Source of the DNA: Ascidiella aspersa
Lineage: Eukaryota
NCBI GenBank assembly: GCA_963924565.1
Contig: OZ004613.1
Location: 23,622,001-23,686,000 of the forward strand
Direction: 5' to 3'
DNA: 64,000 bases
Both the position numbers and the translations under genes were made by a program. The notes below the pieces were generated by a model that was not told the DNA's origin, did not search any database, and was given only the letters and a program-made list of their open reading frames with translations. This document shows, in pieces, positions 26,401 through 39,329 of the stretch (position 1 is its first letter; each line of letters begins with the position of its first letter).

Positions 26401-29067
26401 AGAGGTGACGTAACATCTGGTTTTAACACTATTCGATTTGTTTAAAAATTCAATAGAAGTAGAAAATAGTGTGAAAGGTTTAAATGGTAATTTCACACAA
26501 AACTTCATTATAGTTTGTAACATATTATTCAGTGGTTTACTTTAAAAAATATGTAATGTTCTATATTGTAAAAATTTATAGTGCAACTTTTTGTTATTGA
26601 GCGCATGCAATGAATAAATTAACAAGTGCTTCACGCCGCCATTTATAGTCTGCTATTGAAAAGTGGTTCTCAAACTGGAGTGCTCCTGTGGAGGTATCCA
26701 GGTGTCTCTGCAATACCATTTACATACAATTACTGATGAATTGTTGTTGCCTAAGCACATCTCTTCTATAAAGTTTTAATGACAATTCAATTATTTAGTC
26801 AATTAATAAATTGTTTCTAAACCTTTTTGATTTAAATTTAATCGGGGTCCACTTATCTTTAACGAGGAAAAGGGTTCCGCCAGTTCCAAACGTATGAGAA
26901 ATACAACAAATGTGTCAAGTATACGCAGCGAACTAGCCAAATAGCCATTTAAATTAAATACAGTTTCGAAATTTAGTTTATATATATATGAATTTGAAGT
27001 TTATCTATAGTTTTGAATGAGTGCCTGTTATGACCTATAAGTGTAAAACGACTTAAAACTGAAAACAAGGTCACATGTGTCCTTTGATACTCACAGAGAC
27101 ACACACCAACGGCTCCGATCCAATGAGGTATTTCTGCCTTTGAAAACTAAAACAAAGCGTTGTGTTACGGCAAGTACGATTAGAACAATATAATACAGTG
27201 GTTCTAAACCTTTTTTTCTTTCGTGGCCCAATTTACGTTAAAAAAAATTCTTGTGGCCCAATAAATTTTAATAAAAAGAAAAATTGTAAAATAGGTTTAG
27301 CACAAAATACAGCAGAACATATTTCAAAACAGAATATTTATTCAAATGTACATTAGTTAGACACTTGGGCTGAACAATAAATTTAAATTTATTTTTAATT
27401 ACTCCACAATAGCCATTATATTTCTGTAAAATTAATATATTGACAAAATTGAAACTAAATCTAGCTTTTTTAAATTGGTCTGTAGCTCACCTCAAATGTT
27501 CTTATGGCCCACCAGTGAGCCATGGCCCACTGGTTGAGAACCGCTGATCTAATATGAGCCTTATACATTCAAGAGCCTCATTCAATCGCGGATTTCATTT
27601 GACTTCACAACTTTTGCAAACAGAATATTAAAGACGGCAAGAAGTCATTACTTTGAGCGTGTTGCAACAATGTAAATAAATCATAAAAAAAAAATAGTTT
27701 GTAGATGCAATAGAACATATGGGTTCCTAAACTTTTTTGGTCGGTTGCCCAAATCTATTTAAGAGCGATTCGTGGCTAACCACGTGCTTTCAAGACGTTT
27801 AGCAACATCGGTCTTAAAGCGTTTCATCCAACACGGAACCGCAAACTAAAAATAACAAGCCCAAATTCGCAAAAACTCAAGGTTTGCAGCATTGCTACTC
27901 ACCCACTTTGAACTGCTATAACTTCAACAAAGCAGCTAAAACCGATTAATAGCAGACAATGACCAGTCTTGCTATATTATTATTGTTTCTCAAACCAAAG
28001 CGAATAATCTCTACAACTATATAACAAAACAGTAAAATCTGTTCAAATGTGTCTGTGGCCCATTGAAAATGTCTTGGTGGCCTTACTTGGCCATAGCCTA
28101 CAGTTTGGGAACCACTGCAATAAAACAATTACCTGAAAAGAGCCAGTCATTATCATGGAAAGGCTAAGAAGGACTCCAATGTACCGCATGGCCTTAATTC
28201 GTTTTGAATTTCCAATCTGCTTTTTGACGAAGCTGCAATGTAGTTTAGGTTTACACCAATCTTATGTTTAAAAATAGGTAAATACTTAACATGATAACAA
28301 AATTTGAACAAAAAAAATAAAAAAAATGAAAAAACACATCGAATTTGGTAGGTAGCATTTAACCAATTGCGGTTACCAGCAGTAAGTTAAATAATGAAAA
28401 GTAAACTAGTAACGGTATAACACTATTTTAACCAAAAAAAAAAAAAACATCGCAAGAAAATAAAGAGATTAAAATTCAATGAAAAACCTAACAAATTTAG
28501 TAGATGAATGTAACACACTGCGCTTACCAGCAGTAAGTATGGATAATGAACAGTATCAAGAAGGCGTCCGTAGACATGATCAACGTAAAAATGCAGCTTT
28601 GTGGTGGATTATCGCCGGTGTCACTAAGGAAGGGCCAAGGAAGTTTCGCAAGTTCACTGTTTCCACTTTTTAGAATGCCTAAACTGAAAATGTATAATGA
28701 GTCTCCTCAGGCAACTATAAAGATTGTCACAATCTCTGGTTTAACGTAGCAATATGATTTAAGCCAGTAAAGAAAACAAAAGTTATTTTAAATAGGGTCT
28801 GAGAAACGATGCCAGGAATTGCGGTCCAATATGCTGATATAAAAATTACCTTGACTATAGTCTTGTCATGCAACTATAGACGAAATTGCGTAAAAGCATA
28901 ATCAAACCTAAAACTTATAACTATTTCATTCAAAAGTAAGGACTTTTGACAATAGTTTGCCAATCGATAAAAGTTCTATATCAAACTCACCAAACGAAGA
29001 ATCCAGCTCCAGTGAAAAGCGAAAAGGCGACGGGAACAAAAGCGAACGTTTTACAAATCGCCAACAT
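23457..29067 (-). CDS. DRAM/TMEM150 family membrane protein, paralog C, 261 aa, 7 coding exons
   Basis: Exons 29067-28991, 28683-28528, 28232-28133, 27146-27095, 25327-25199, 24427-24402, 23702-23457; 786 nt. Motifs WPFLSDTGDNPPQSCIF, GSFQ, PHWIGA, IWQW. Confidence 0.9.
24428..25198 (-). other. U12-type GT-AG intron, DRAM paralog C
   Basis: 5' splice site GTATCCTTAA; degenerate branch point TTTTCTTATC or ATTCTAAC; 26-nt downstream exon. Confidence 0.8.
24503..25023. mobile_element. AAGTC-repeat MITE inside the U12 intron
   Basis: TIRs CAGTGTTGTAA / TTACAACACTG with many AAGTCAAGTC repeats. Decayed copies at about 37363-37740, 37960-38400 and 56806-56940. Confidence 0.8.
27196..27546. mobile_element. 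hAT-type MITE
   Basis: TIRs CAGTGGTTCTAAACC / GGTTGAGAACCGCTG; 8-bp TSD ATATAATA/ATCTAATA. Confidence 0.8.
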
Positions 29068-30241
29068 TGCAGAATGCAGTGAAAATCACCTGTAATCCCA
29101 TAAGTCAAATTGCTGTTGAGACAACACAAGATTATAATTAAAGCTAATATATTATGCAAAGCTAATATATTATGCTTACTTAATTTATACGCTTAGGTGT
29201 AAATTTAAGCTAATCAGTTTTTATACTGCCCTATGTTGCAAAAATCTGGGCACAGCTTATCTTTCTTGTACTGTCCTGCATTGCGAAACACTATAGACAA
29301 AACGAATTGAATTAAAAGGACTTTTATTTCAGCACCACTGTAACAATAACATTCCTGGTGATCACAAAAATATCGAAGTTATAGGTCTCGACGCTGAATC
29401 ATTTATCGTGTTTAAGGTTTACAAAAGATGAACAGCATGCATTCAGCTACAACGACGGTCACTATATTGTATCTGCCATTACATGTTGCTGTCTCTAACG
29501 GACAAACGATTTAGCGTGGAGAACTATATCAACCTCATTTGGTCAAACGTTTGTTTTTTTCCTTCTGTGTTAACAATTGCCCTGAGGCAAAACGGCAAAA
29601 TTGACTAATGGCACGACCATTGGTTCAAGTTTCCCCTCATTGTGATACGTTTCTTGAATCCTGAAAGCAATACGAAAAGGGTTAAATAACTGTTTAATAT
29701 ATACATATAGCCGATTAATGAGAAATCATGGGATCTATGTTACCAATATTTCACTGACGGAAGTCAATGAATTGACTTAGCGCAGTCAGGTCGCCTGCTT
29801 GGTTTAAATCATTTGAACAAACCACTTAAATTACACTAAAGTTATAAAGGCAAAAACCCCCAACTTTGCCTTGTCTCAAAAAAAACATTTTCAATGTGGT
29901 AATTGGATTATTTAACTCGAATTTTGCGCTTAAAACCATTTACCTTCTAATTTTTGACTTTTCTTGTTTACTTATCGAAATGTGTTTAGAAATTATGCAA
30001 GTTTACCCAATTTGAACGGTTAACATTTATTTCGATATAAATGACCGCTTGACTCGCTGTGACAATAGGTTGGATTGGACGGGCACTTGACTTGGAAAAC
30101 TGATGACTTGAACTGAACTCGACTTTGGTTGTGTTTTGCAGTTTAAATTTACGTGAAATTAAGTTGCTTTGCGAATGTTTTGCCTGCGACTCAAGTTGAA
30201 TCAACTTAACTTGACTAGAACACTACTTGTTTATTATAGAC

Positions 30242-30696
30242 CAGGGTGGCCAACATGCGGCTCGCGAGCCTCATGCGGCTCTTACGTTCATGTTGCCCTT
30301 CTGATTTTTCAGAATGTTTCGATTTCGTTTTTAGTTATGGATTATTGCCGGTTCCGACTTAGACTGTTTACCATAAGACACTTACATTTTTAGTAACTTT
30401 TGAAACAAGTTAAACGCATAAAATTTGACCAAATAATATTTATAAATCATATTATATCGAGAAATGTGTATTTTTTTATTCAGTGCGTCGTGTCTCCTAT
30501 TAAATTAGAACTTTGTCTTTTTCACCAAATAAAGGCAGTAATTTCTTGATTTCTGTGATCGCTTTATGGAAGTGAGTGAGAAATGGAGTGAAGTGCTATT
30601 CTTTTCGTTTCATGTGTGTAAGGTGTGGCTCTTTGCGGTTTGCGGTTAAGCAAGCAAGAAATGCGGCTCTTGGTATCTGACTTGTTGGCCCCCCTG
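30242..30696. mobile_element. hAT (Charlie-like) MITE
   Basis: TIRs CAGGGTGGCCAAC / GTTGGCCCCCCTG; 8-bp TSD TTATAGAC/TTCTAGAC. Confidence 0.8.
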
Positions 30697-31372
30697 TTCT
30701 AGACCATCTCCAAAAGCGTTTTGTAATTGTAGACATCGTGCTTCCAAAATCTTGCACACAGGAATTCATACAGCAGATCAAGGCACGGTCTGTTGCTGAC
30801 ATACACAGGTTTCTTGTTAAGTATTTTTATGCTAAATTAAACTAAACGCTTTTTGCAGAACATTGTAAGAAGTTTGTAACTTTCGCAAATTCCTTGTTGT
30901 CTTGTCCGACAAACTCATTTATTGAAAAATTGTTTGGTTAACATTTTTATACACGAAAACAGAAACAGAGTTGTTTTTGGCCGCAAATTTTTAAAGTCCC
31001 CACTTCCTACTATATTCTACATGACTACAACATATAAAATGTTTTTTATGTCGCCACGTTAAATTAATATGCGTTTAAGGTATAGTTGTTTGTTATATTG
31101 TGAAAACCTAGAAATAATTGTGAAACGCAGACAAATTATTTTTCTAAACAAACTTGACATTAATCTGATAAAACCTTTTAGGTAGATGAACATAAATTGA
31201 GTGTCACGAAAAAACCCTGAAAGAATCAAATTGAAAGGGCAATAATTGTGATCTTAGGCGAGTGCTCAAAAATTTTCTCTAAGATAAACGAAATATAAAC
31301 AATTTAATCCTATTAATGTGACATAGCCTAATTTTATTTTGGTAAAGTTTTTGTTTGAAAAGGTTAATATTA

Positions 31373-31445
31373 TAGAGGTGCCTGGCATTTGCCGATGGGT
31401 CTCACGTGCTAATTGCGAGCGCTCTACCATTTGAACTACATCCCA
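31373..31445 (-). pseudogene. Degenerate tRNA-Ala(AGC) pseudogene or tRNA-derived SINE head
   Basis: Minus strand reads GGGATGTAGTTCAAATGGTAGAGCGCTCGCAATTAGCACGTGAGA...ATGCCAGGCACCTCTA. The 5' half matches eukaryotic tRNA-Ala; the T-arm/B-box is decayed and the anticodon arm has an extra base. Confidence 0.7.
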
Positions 31446-34031
31446 GATGAAGAAAATCAAACCAAAGCAAGAGCATTTGAGTGGCCAGCAGTGATCAGTG
31501 GGTTTGCTGCCAGCAAAACGGAACTGGTCGATTACTGCAGCACTGTGCAAAAATAGAAAGGCCCTCAAGCGGTAATCGAAAGATATCCGTGAATGACTGC
31601 AATGAAGGTACAAATTTAAGTACAACTGTTGCGCTTCAACACCAAAAAAGGAAAATAATCACTTTATTTGTGTTGTAATTAACCTGCTTGTATATTTATA
31701 CAGGTTAAACCATGGTTTCTGAAGCAGGGGTACTCGCTGCGAGAACTCTTCCAAGGGGGTGCGGTAAAGTTGAATTAGAGTCAGAAAATGCATTACGGTA
31801 ATTTATTTCTTCTGAATTAAATATAAAATTAACCCAGATATTTTAGTATTATGTTATTGTGTTATCAGTTACTTGTATAAAAATAAAATTACAATGGTTT
31901 GGTTATTTAGGCAATCCTAGAAGGAGGTGCGGCGAGAATTGGTTGTTGATTTAAATAAAAAACACTTGTTTAAAGTCTATAACCCTGTGATTAGAAATCT
32001 TTTAAGGTACATGTAATTTGTAGGTAGGATTTATTCGTGGTAAAACCAGATGCGATGTTCTACCGGCCTACAACAGTTTCGTAAATCTTCCGTAGTTGTC
32101 AAATAATTATTTTCACCTTCTTAAATTCGACACAAACAATAATAGCCAACCCACGATCATCAAACCTTATCAACCCTAAACACCAAAACGATTGTAAGCT
32201 CAACTATAGCGGTCATAATAATTTAGGTAATTTTAAAAACATACTCAAGGTAAACGCTAATATTAGATATATATGTGATTTGCTTAACACATATTTTTGT
32301 TTAATTTTTTGTCATTTGTGTTTCATCGTATTTGCCAGAAATTACCGATTTCCATGACACATTAGTGCTGTAGTCGTTGCAAAAATAAGTCGTTGTTGTA
32401 CGGAAGATTGTTCTTGTGAGATGCTTCGTGTATAATATGGGTTTGCAGCCCTGGTAATATGTCAATAACCATTGCTCAACTGACAACGATCACACAAGTA
32501 GTGAATTCGCCCAGCATTAACAGCTTTGTGTATAATATATGAAAACGTCTTTTATGTAGTATTTTACACGGTTCTTGTTTTGCAGTGCCTTTTCGTGTGA
32601 ACTTTTAGAGCGTGGAAATATTGCTCTTTCTTGACTACATTTGTCTAACCTAAACTGAACTCTTGATAGGTTTATGTTAATACACGTGACGTCATAATGA
32701 GGCATTGTTTGTTAAATTGCTTCTTTTATTTAGGCGCTTAAAATATAATAGACGCTGCTTCACATTCTCCCGGTTCCTCAAATAGTTGGCGAGCATAATA
32801 TTTTAATCGTACCACAAGTTAATTGTATTTGACACATTGCCTTTTGTGTGGAAACCGTCTCCCTGCTGTATTGCGCCAACATCTTTGCTCGCCATCTATT
32901 TTCGCCGTTGAAGCAACAGCCGCTTTATTTTCACCGCAACCTGCATTATTCCCTACGTCGCCGACGTAACGAAGCAACCCGACGAACTTCCCTGGAACCT
33001 ACGCAGCTTCACACATCTTCTGGAGCGGGGTCCTGTAGCGAACCTATCGATGTCTATCCACGTTCACCAAAGCGTGCAGATCGCATTTTTTTCTATTTCG
33101 CTATTGTACATTTATAAACGTGTGTTTGTGCTGTGCCATCTCTTTACCTTAACTTAACCATGTCGCAGCTACGCAATAAAGCACCAACCGCTTTAGGGTC
33201 TTGATTTCGACAACAAACTATGTGTAATTGTGTTGTGTCTGAAATAGTAGACACATTTCCCTACAAGAATTTGGCCTCATATAGCGTTCTGCGCATAGAC
33301 CGGGTCGCATACAACGAACGTTATAATTTGACTGACATTTGGTTAAGCGGTAAATCGATAAAACATTTTCATCTCTTTGATTGCGCAATTTTAGTCAATT
33401 TTATTTCTATGCCTTGTTTAATCACAAAATACTCTAAACGTTATCAGTAAAACACATCAAGTCCACATGGCCAAGTGGGCTGCGCAAAAGAAGGTATTAA
33501 AAGAAATGAGTAAGGTATAAACTATAAAAATAGTTCACTTATTTAGGTTTAGCGTTAACCATGTCCAAAGTCGACATTTTTCAAACTTTCACTTTCCTTA
33601 TACCAAAATGCTGTACCAAACGTCAGGTCTGCTATTAGGATTCGGTTTTCGTGCGAAATAAATTTTACGTACAACCTTTATTGAGGCACTAATTAAAAAA
33701 AAAACTTCACAAATTTAAAGTTGTCTGTGCAAACTCTATTAATCTCTATATAAGACTATAAGCACGAGGTTAAAGTTTAAATGCAAAATTTAAGTTTGCA
33801 AGATTTAACGATTGAACATGTGACAATCTTAAGCACTTCTATTTATAAAGATTGCAATATCTACTGTAGAAAGAAATGTGTTTTAAAACAAAAAGAAAAG
33901 AAAAGAAGTGTCTCCAAAATCAATACTCAACACATCACACATTTAAATACCAATGAACACAATGTTGTTTTAGAACATAATGTTTCCTTATTATTCGGCT
34001 AATATATATATGTTTTCCGCTGAGTTGCGAG

Positions 34032-34084
34032 TTCATTGCCCTGACGAAGATTGGCTGAATAGGTCATCGAAACGTTTAAATGAA
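34032..34084 (+). ncRNA. Minimal hammerhead-ribozyme motif of Penelope-like element type (degenerate)
   Basis: CTGACGA (34041-34047), helix II, then GAAAC-GTT with a palindromic helix III; flanks TTCATT/AATGAA pair. Confidence 0.5.
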
Positions 34085-34146
34085 AATAAAAACATATTTC
34101 GGAGAAACAATTTTTAAACTAACATAATGATTGTTTAGCATCATAC

Positions 34147-34483
34147 TGTGAAATGTTGAACTGGTGAATCCATCATAAAACGCCCAAGTAGCCCATCACA
34201 CGATTAGGCCACAGGTCATGCATAGTCAATGAGTGACGACCCAGTGGGGTAGGGCAGGCAAACCTATATATAAGAAGAATGTTTACTGAACCGCGAAATA
34301 CGCGGGGAAAGCCTAGCACATAGAGTTTGCTGTGAGCAAATAAAAGCTATCGCAAACAACTGCTGGTCACCCGAAGCCTATATAGTTTAGGTGTTTAGCC
34401 AGAGAGCGTCACGTATATTTAGCGTTATTGAGACTGTTAGAAATAACGAAATAGAGATCAAGATTATTGAGAATGTCTTCACA
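34147..34483 (+). mobile_element. Possible solo LTR
   Basis: Inverted termini TGTGAA...TTCACA with an internal TATATATAAG followed by AATAAA; no TSD. Confidence 0.35.
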
Positions 34484-36067
34484 TCTTGTCTTATACATTT
34501 GTTTTGTACTAAGCTGTTGCGCAATTATATTTAAAAATCACCGCGTAGTGCTCGACTGCCAAAAATAGTAGCGACCATTATAAGCATAGCTAATTAATAC
34601 AGTGACTTACAAGCAAAGTAAAACGTATGTATCGTTCATATTTGTTTCGAATTTTTCGGAAATTGGGTCGACCTATATTTCGAATTTTATCTTTGTTAGA
34701 TATATCTTGTAACGTAACGTCGAAGATTTGCTGAGATTGTTACCTAGAATACTAGGTTGAGACCACATTGAAAACTTCTTTAGTTGTACGTAAGCCTAAA
34801 CAATGTACATGGATAAACGCGAAAAGAAGAGTGACGTATTTCCTTTCCTTTCCATTATCTATTGTGCGATGTCCTCCGAAGCTATACATGTCAAAATAAA
34901 AGCGATATAGTTTTATTGGCTTGTGAAAGGAAAAAACAACGACGTGAAACTCTATAGGGAGGGACAAACGTGCACAACAGTAGCCAGTGAGTGGCATAAA
35001 GAGTCTATCATCTCTTAGGCAATTAGCCATGTTACAACAGCTTGGCTCATACGCGTAGGATTGAAGTGATTATACTGTTTGAAGCAGCGGAACTCAACTA
35101 AAGTGCACAACGTGGTTACATGGTGTTAATACATAAACTATAGCACCGCATACTTGTAAAAAGACAATTGTTGGAGTATAGCTGAAGACATTCGTTCTGT
35201 AAGGCAATCTAACCTATCAAGTGTCCAATCTACAGGAAATATTACTTGATTGAGTCAATTAAGGCTCGTTTTTAGGTTTTCGACCTGCTGTCTAATGAAG
35301 TGTAGCCTAGTATAGTCTAAGCCAGGTTTTGCGCCATGATTTGGTTAGCCCGGGCATATAGGATAGAACACTTGATGCTACCAATTGGTTTGTTCTTGAT
35401 ATATTTGCCTTCTTTTGTTCTTTTGTTCTATGCCTTCTCTGTCAATGTACGAAAACCTAATTTTGGTCCTGTGAAATCCGGAGTAAATGGTTTGTTCAAT
35501 ACTTATGACTCAAAAAGCATAAATTAATGACCCCTTTACGCAGCGGACACAAAAAGACAGAGTACGCTACCACCAACATGCATCTGAACATTTTCTTGTA
35601 AATACGCCGCACATTGACGTTCAATGCTGTGCAATAGGCCTATTTAAGTTTAGTGGTCTTGATGAATCAATGATATTATATGCGAACTGTTGACTGCGAT
35701 TCTGGCCATAAACACTTAAACAGCCCTGTAAGTACCGGTTCACCTTCTATTTTGTTGGCACAACTGTTAGACACAGATTATGCACGTAAGTCAGCGGCAA
35801 CCAAACAGACAAAGCCTGTCTAAAGTTTAAAGTGGAATGTGCTTTTCGAAACAGAAGATATTCAGGCTGTGTTAATGACTGACGAATCCACTTTAAACTA
35901 ATGCAAACTAACGAATGAAAGCAAGAAATTGAAAAAGGACGTTATATGAGAACACGATTGTGGAACAAGAAGAGATTTGGTCTGTTTTGTCGAATATTTT
36001 ATTAAAATTTAAATGTATCGTTATCTATAGGACATTTGCTGTCAAAATCAATTAGAATCATAGGAAA

Positions 36068-39000
36068 ATGTGGGAGTCTTGCCGATCTTTTTGCCACTTT
36101 CCAATCGCTTTTGTGTTGTTACTCGGTGGAGGATTTTTCGTATGGTAAGTGATTACTATATAGTTTGGGTTACAGTATGAATAGCCAATAAGTGTGGTTC
36201 TGAAAATAAATATTGTAAAACAAACTTTTTCGACACTCTTTTCAAGGAATTGACCAAATATACTTTTCCAACGCCGGATAATTAACATAGTCTTTGTTTA
36301 TATAAGTTGAATATAACTTTCCTATAAAAGTGATTAGTTGAACGCCTATAGATGCACATCTCTTACTCATAAGAAACAGGACATTTACAGGGCCCAAGCA
36401 TTGAAGTAACTTCAAATCCTAGACTTGTTTAATGTACTTGGCGCGTATTACAAGCCAACCTGTATAACAACATTGCTTTCTTGTTTAACAACCATTGGTT
36501 TGTTTATCTTTCTCCGCAGCTATGGAATCGGAATAAGCAACGAAAACTTGCAACCCCTGCCATCGTGGCCGTTCGTTAGTGACACCGGCGCAAGTCCCCC
36601 GGAAAGCTGCATCTTCACTTTGATTTTAACATGGGGTGCTTTCTTCACCCTCGTTACCATGTATTCTTATTACAGGTATATACTGTTATTTAAAAGGTTT
36701 TACAGATTTTTGCAACATATCGATATACATGTAAAGTAAGATGGTTGCTAATATATAAGAGTGGCTTTTTCAACCTTAAAATGGGACAACCATAAGATCT
36801 ATGTCGCCTATTCGTTATTCACTACATTTGTGCTGCTTTATAAACAATTTTTAACCATTTAGAATATTTTAGTTTTATTTGCTGCATCCTTGTTGAAGTG
36901 GCATTTCTTCTCAAGTTTACCATAAGGAACACTCTGATTCGTTTTTTTCCACGCCAGAGATTTTTTTGTTTGTATTGTAGGTACGTGATACAATGCGACG
37001 GCCAATCTAAATGCAATATTGCCGGTGTAATAGTCGGAACAATATCTTGTTTTGGAATCACTATGGTGGGCGCTTTTCAGGTTAGTCTGCGTTCGTCTGG
37101 CGGCGAACATATTTCCTCTATAAACAAAATAGATGGAAAATTTGATTTTATTGCCGATCGTTGCTTGACGAGCGTACTGAAGCTATCACATATAAAACAA
37201 AAACAGTGTTACCTGCTAAGTTGTGTTAAACTTTAAACCACAAATAAACGACTCAATATAAAACAAACAATATACTTTTCTGTTTTAAGAATAGCATGTT
37301 AGCTTCCGGGTCGAAAATACTCTTTTAATAATGTAAATCAAAATTCATTACAATTTTTGGTCCAGTGTTGCAAACAAGTCATTTTTAAATGTCTTATACC
37401 CGTAACTAGTTTTTTTTACCTCATAAAATGTCTAGTCCAAGCTTTGTATTTGAAGTTCAAACCATTAACAAATAATGTCCAAGCTTTTGACAAAACAATA
37501 ATACTAAAAATTATTAAAATGAAAAAATCCTTTGATTGCGAGAATTATTTCCAAAAAAATACAACCAAAAACAACAACATATGTTATTTTAGCCTTTTAT
37601 ACTACTTCAAAAATGAAGTCATTTGTCTAAATAACGCAAACCAACTATCAGCGTTCCACCAGAAAACGATTCATCAAGCCTAATTACTTGAAATCAGCAA
37701 TTTAAATGCATTTTGACCAAGCCATTGTCACTTACTAGGTTATCAAAACATTTATTTTTACTTTGCAGTGGACTAATGTCCTTGCCCCTCATCTAGTCGG
37801 AGCTTTTTTGGCCTTCATTGGAGCCATGATCTACAGTTGCATCATCGTTTATGTCTCTTGGCATCAGCTCATGAACAAGGTGCACAAGAAAAACGTCGTG
37901 GTGCTTCGAATCGTTATCACATTCCTGGAGTTGGTTTCGTTTGTAGTTCGTATCCTTTGGCATAGTTGTGGACGCGATATTTTTAAAAGACCTAGTCCCA
38001 GTCAAGTAATTTATAAAATAACTGTTGAAGTTAGTCTTTCGAAAAAATAAAACAAAGTAGGTCCCTGTCCAAGTCATAAGTGGCCAAAGACAAGCCCCAT
38101 CAGTCAAGACATTGTAAAAGCAATTATCTCAAAGTCAACCACTTCTATAAAAATGAACCATAAGCCAATAAAATTGGTAAACTCTTCGCATTATGGGCAA
38201 TGATTCAAACTAAAAAAAACTAAAAAAACATTCGGCAATTTAATTGTTTTTAACAAGAGAAAAGTTGCTCAATTTATAATAAAATGTTTAATAAGAACCA
38301 TTATTTTCAGCTCAAGTCATTGGATAATTTTTACTAAAACGACTTAAGTCAAGTCAGGTAATTTGAAAACAGTGACTAAAGTCATGGATCATTGTCAAGT
38401 CTTTTGACTTGTCATTTTGCTTAATAACTGTCATTTGTTATTGATTGTTTTTTTCCACAACACTTGGACAAGTAATATAAATATAAAGTTTGACAGACCT
38501 GCAACTTAAGAGTCCAACGGGTATAATTATGCGAAAGTAAGGGCAATTCTAAATGGTTAATGTACCAAATATTGAATAAGCACAAGTTGATGCAACCAAA
38601 AATGACCAGCGACTAATAAAATGTTTTTGTTAGGAGCCAATTGGATATATATTTAAATGCTTGGTATGGCATTTGAAACGCCCAATTACTTGTTTTAATG
38701 ATGTTATTCCAGCTTAAGTTTTGGTATAGGCCGTTCTGCATGTAAGTTATGTAAAAAAAAATTCTTTAATGCTTTGTGGCACCTCGGTGATACACATATG
38801 CCAAACCTTTTTTCTTAGCTTTGTTTGCCGTACTGCTGCTGATTAGTAATCGTTGGGAGCATTTTGATGAACGTAAGTTGTATTACTTAGTTTGTTACAC
38901 AAATTTCTTATTTATTTTACTTAATAAGGATGACGTTTTTTGACGTTTCAAGTTGATAAACCTTTTGTTTTTACAAGTTTAAATAATAGTTATCTTTCGA

Positions 39001-39329
39001 ACATTATAATCCGAATTATTTAAATCTTTGAACAAGACTTTACATCTATCAATCAGGAAAGATTGTTCTTAATGTTCTTCTCAAGACGTTTGAAAAACCA
39101 CTATTTTTGTCAGAACGATTCGGCCCAGTACAGAAACGTCGCCACCATTTCGGAATGGTTCCTTATTTATTTGGCAATTCTCTTCGTGGGCACTCTGGCG
39201 TACGACCTCAGGTACATTCGATCTCACACCCTCACCCTGGGAATTTCCCACATTGAGCACCCTAACCTTCAAATGGACGAGGGACATTCAACTTATCAGT
39301 CGACAGGGGATCTTCATATGGAGCCGTAG
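36068..39329 (+). CDS. DRAM/TMEM150 family membrane protein, paralog D, 251 aa, 6 coding exons
   Basis: Exons 36068-36144, 36520-36675, 36981-37080, 37769-37949, 38847-38872, 39114-39329; 756 nt. Motifs WPFVSDTGASPPESCIF, GAFQ, PHLVGAFLAF, ISEW. Confidence 0.92.
37950..38846 (+). other. U12-type GT-AG intron, DRAM paralog D
   Basis: 5' splice site GTATCCTTTG; candidate branch point TTTTCTTAGC; 26-nt downstream exon restores the phase. Confidence 0.8.

Noticed and set aside
35336-35527. Hydrophobic ORF (LPIGLFLIYLPSFVLLFYAFSV) resembling DRAM TM1 as first exon of paralog D
   Set aside because: It has no good phase-2 donor. Exon 36068-36144 is 77 nt, has a GTAAGT donor and clearly aligns with exon 1 of paralogs A-C.
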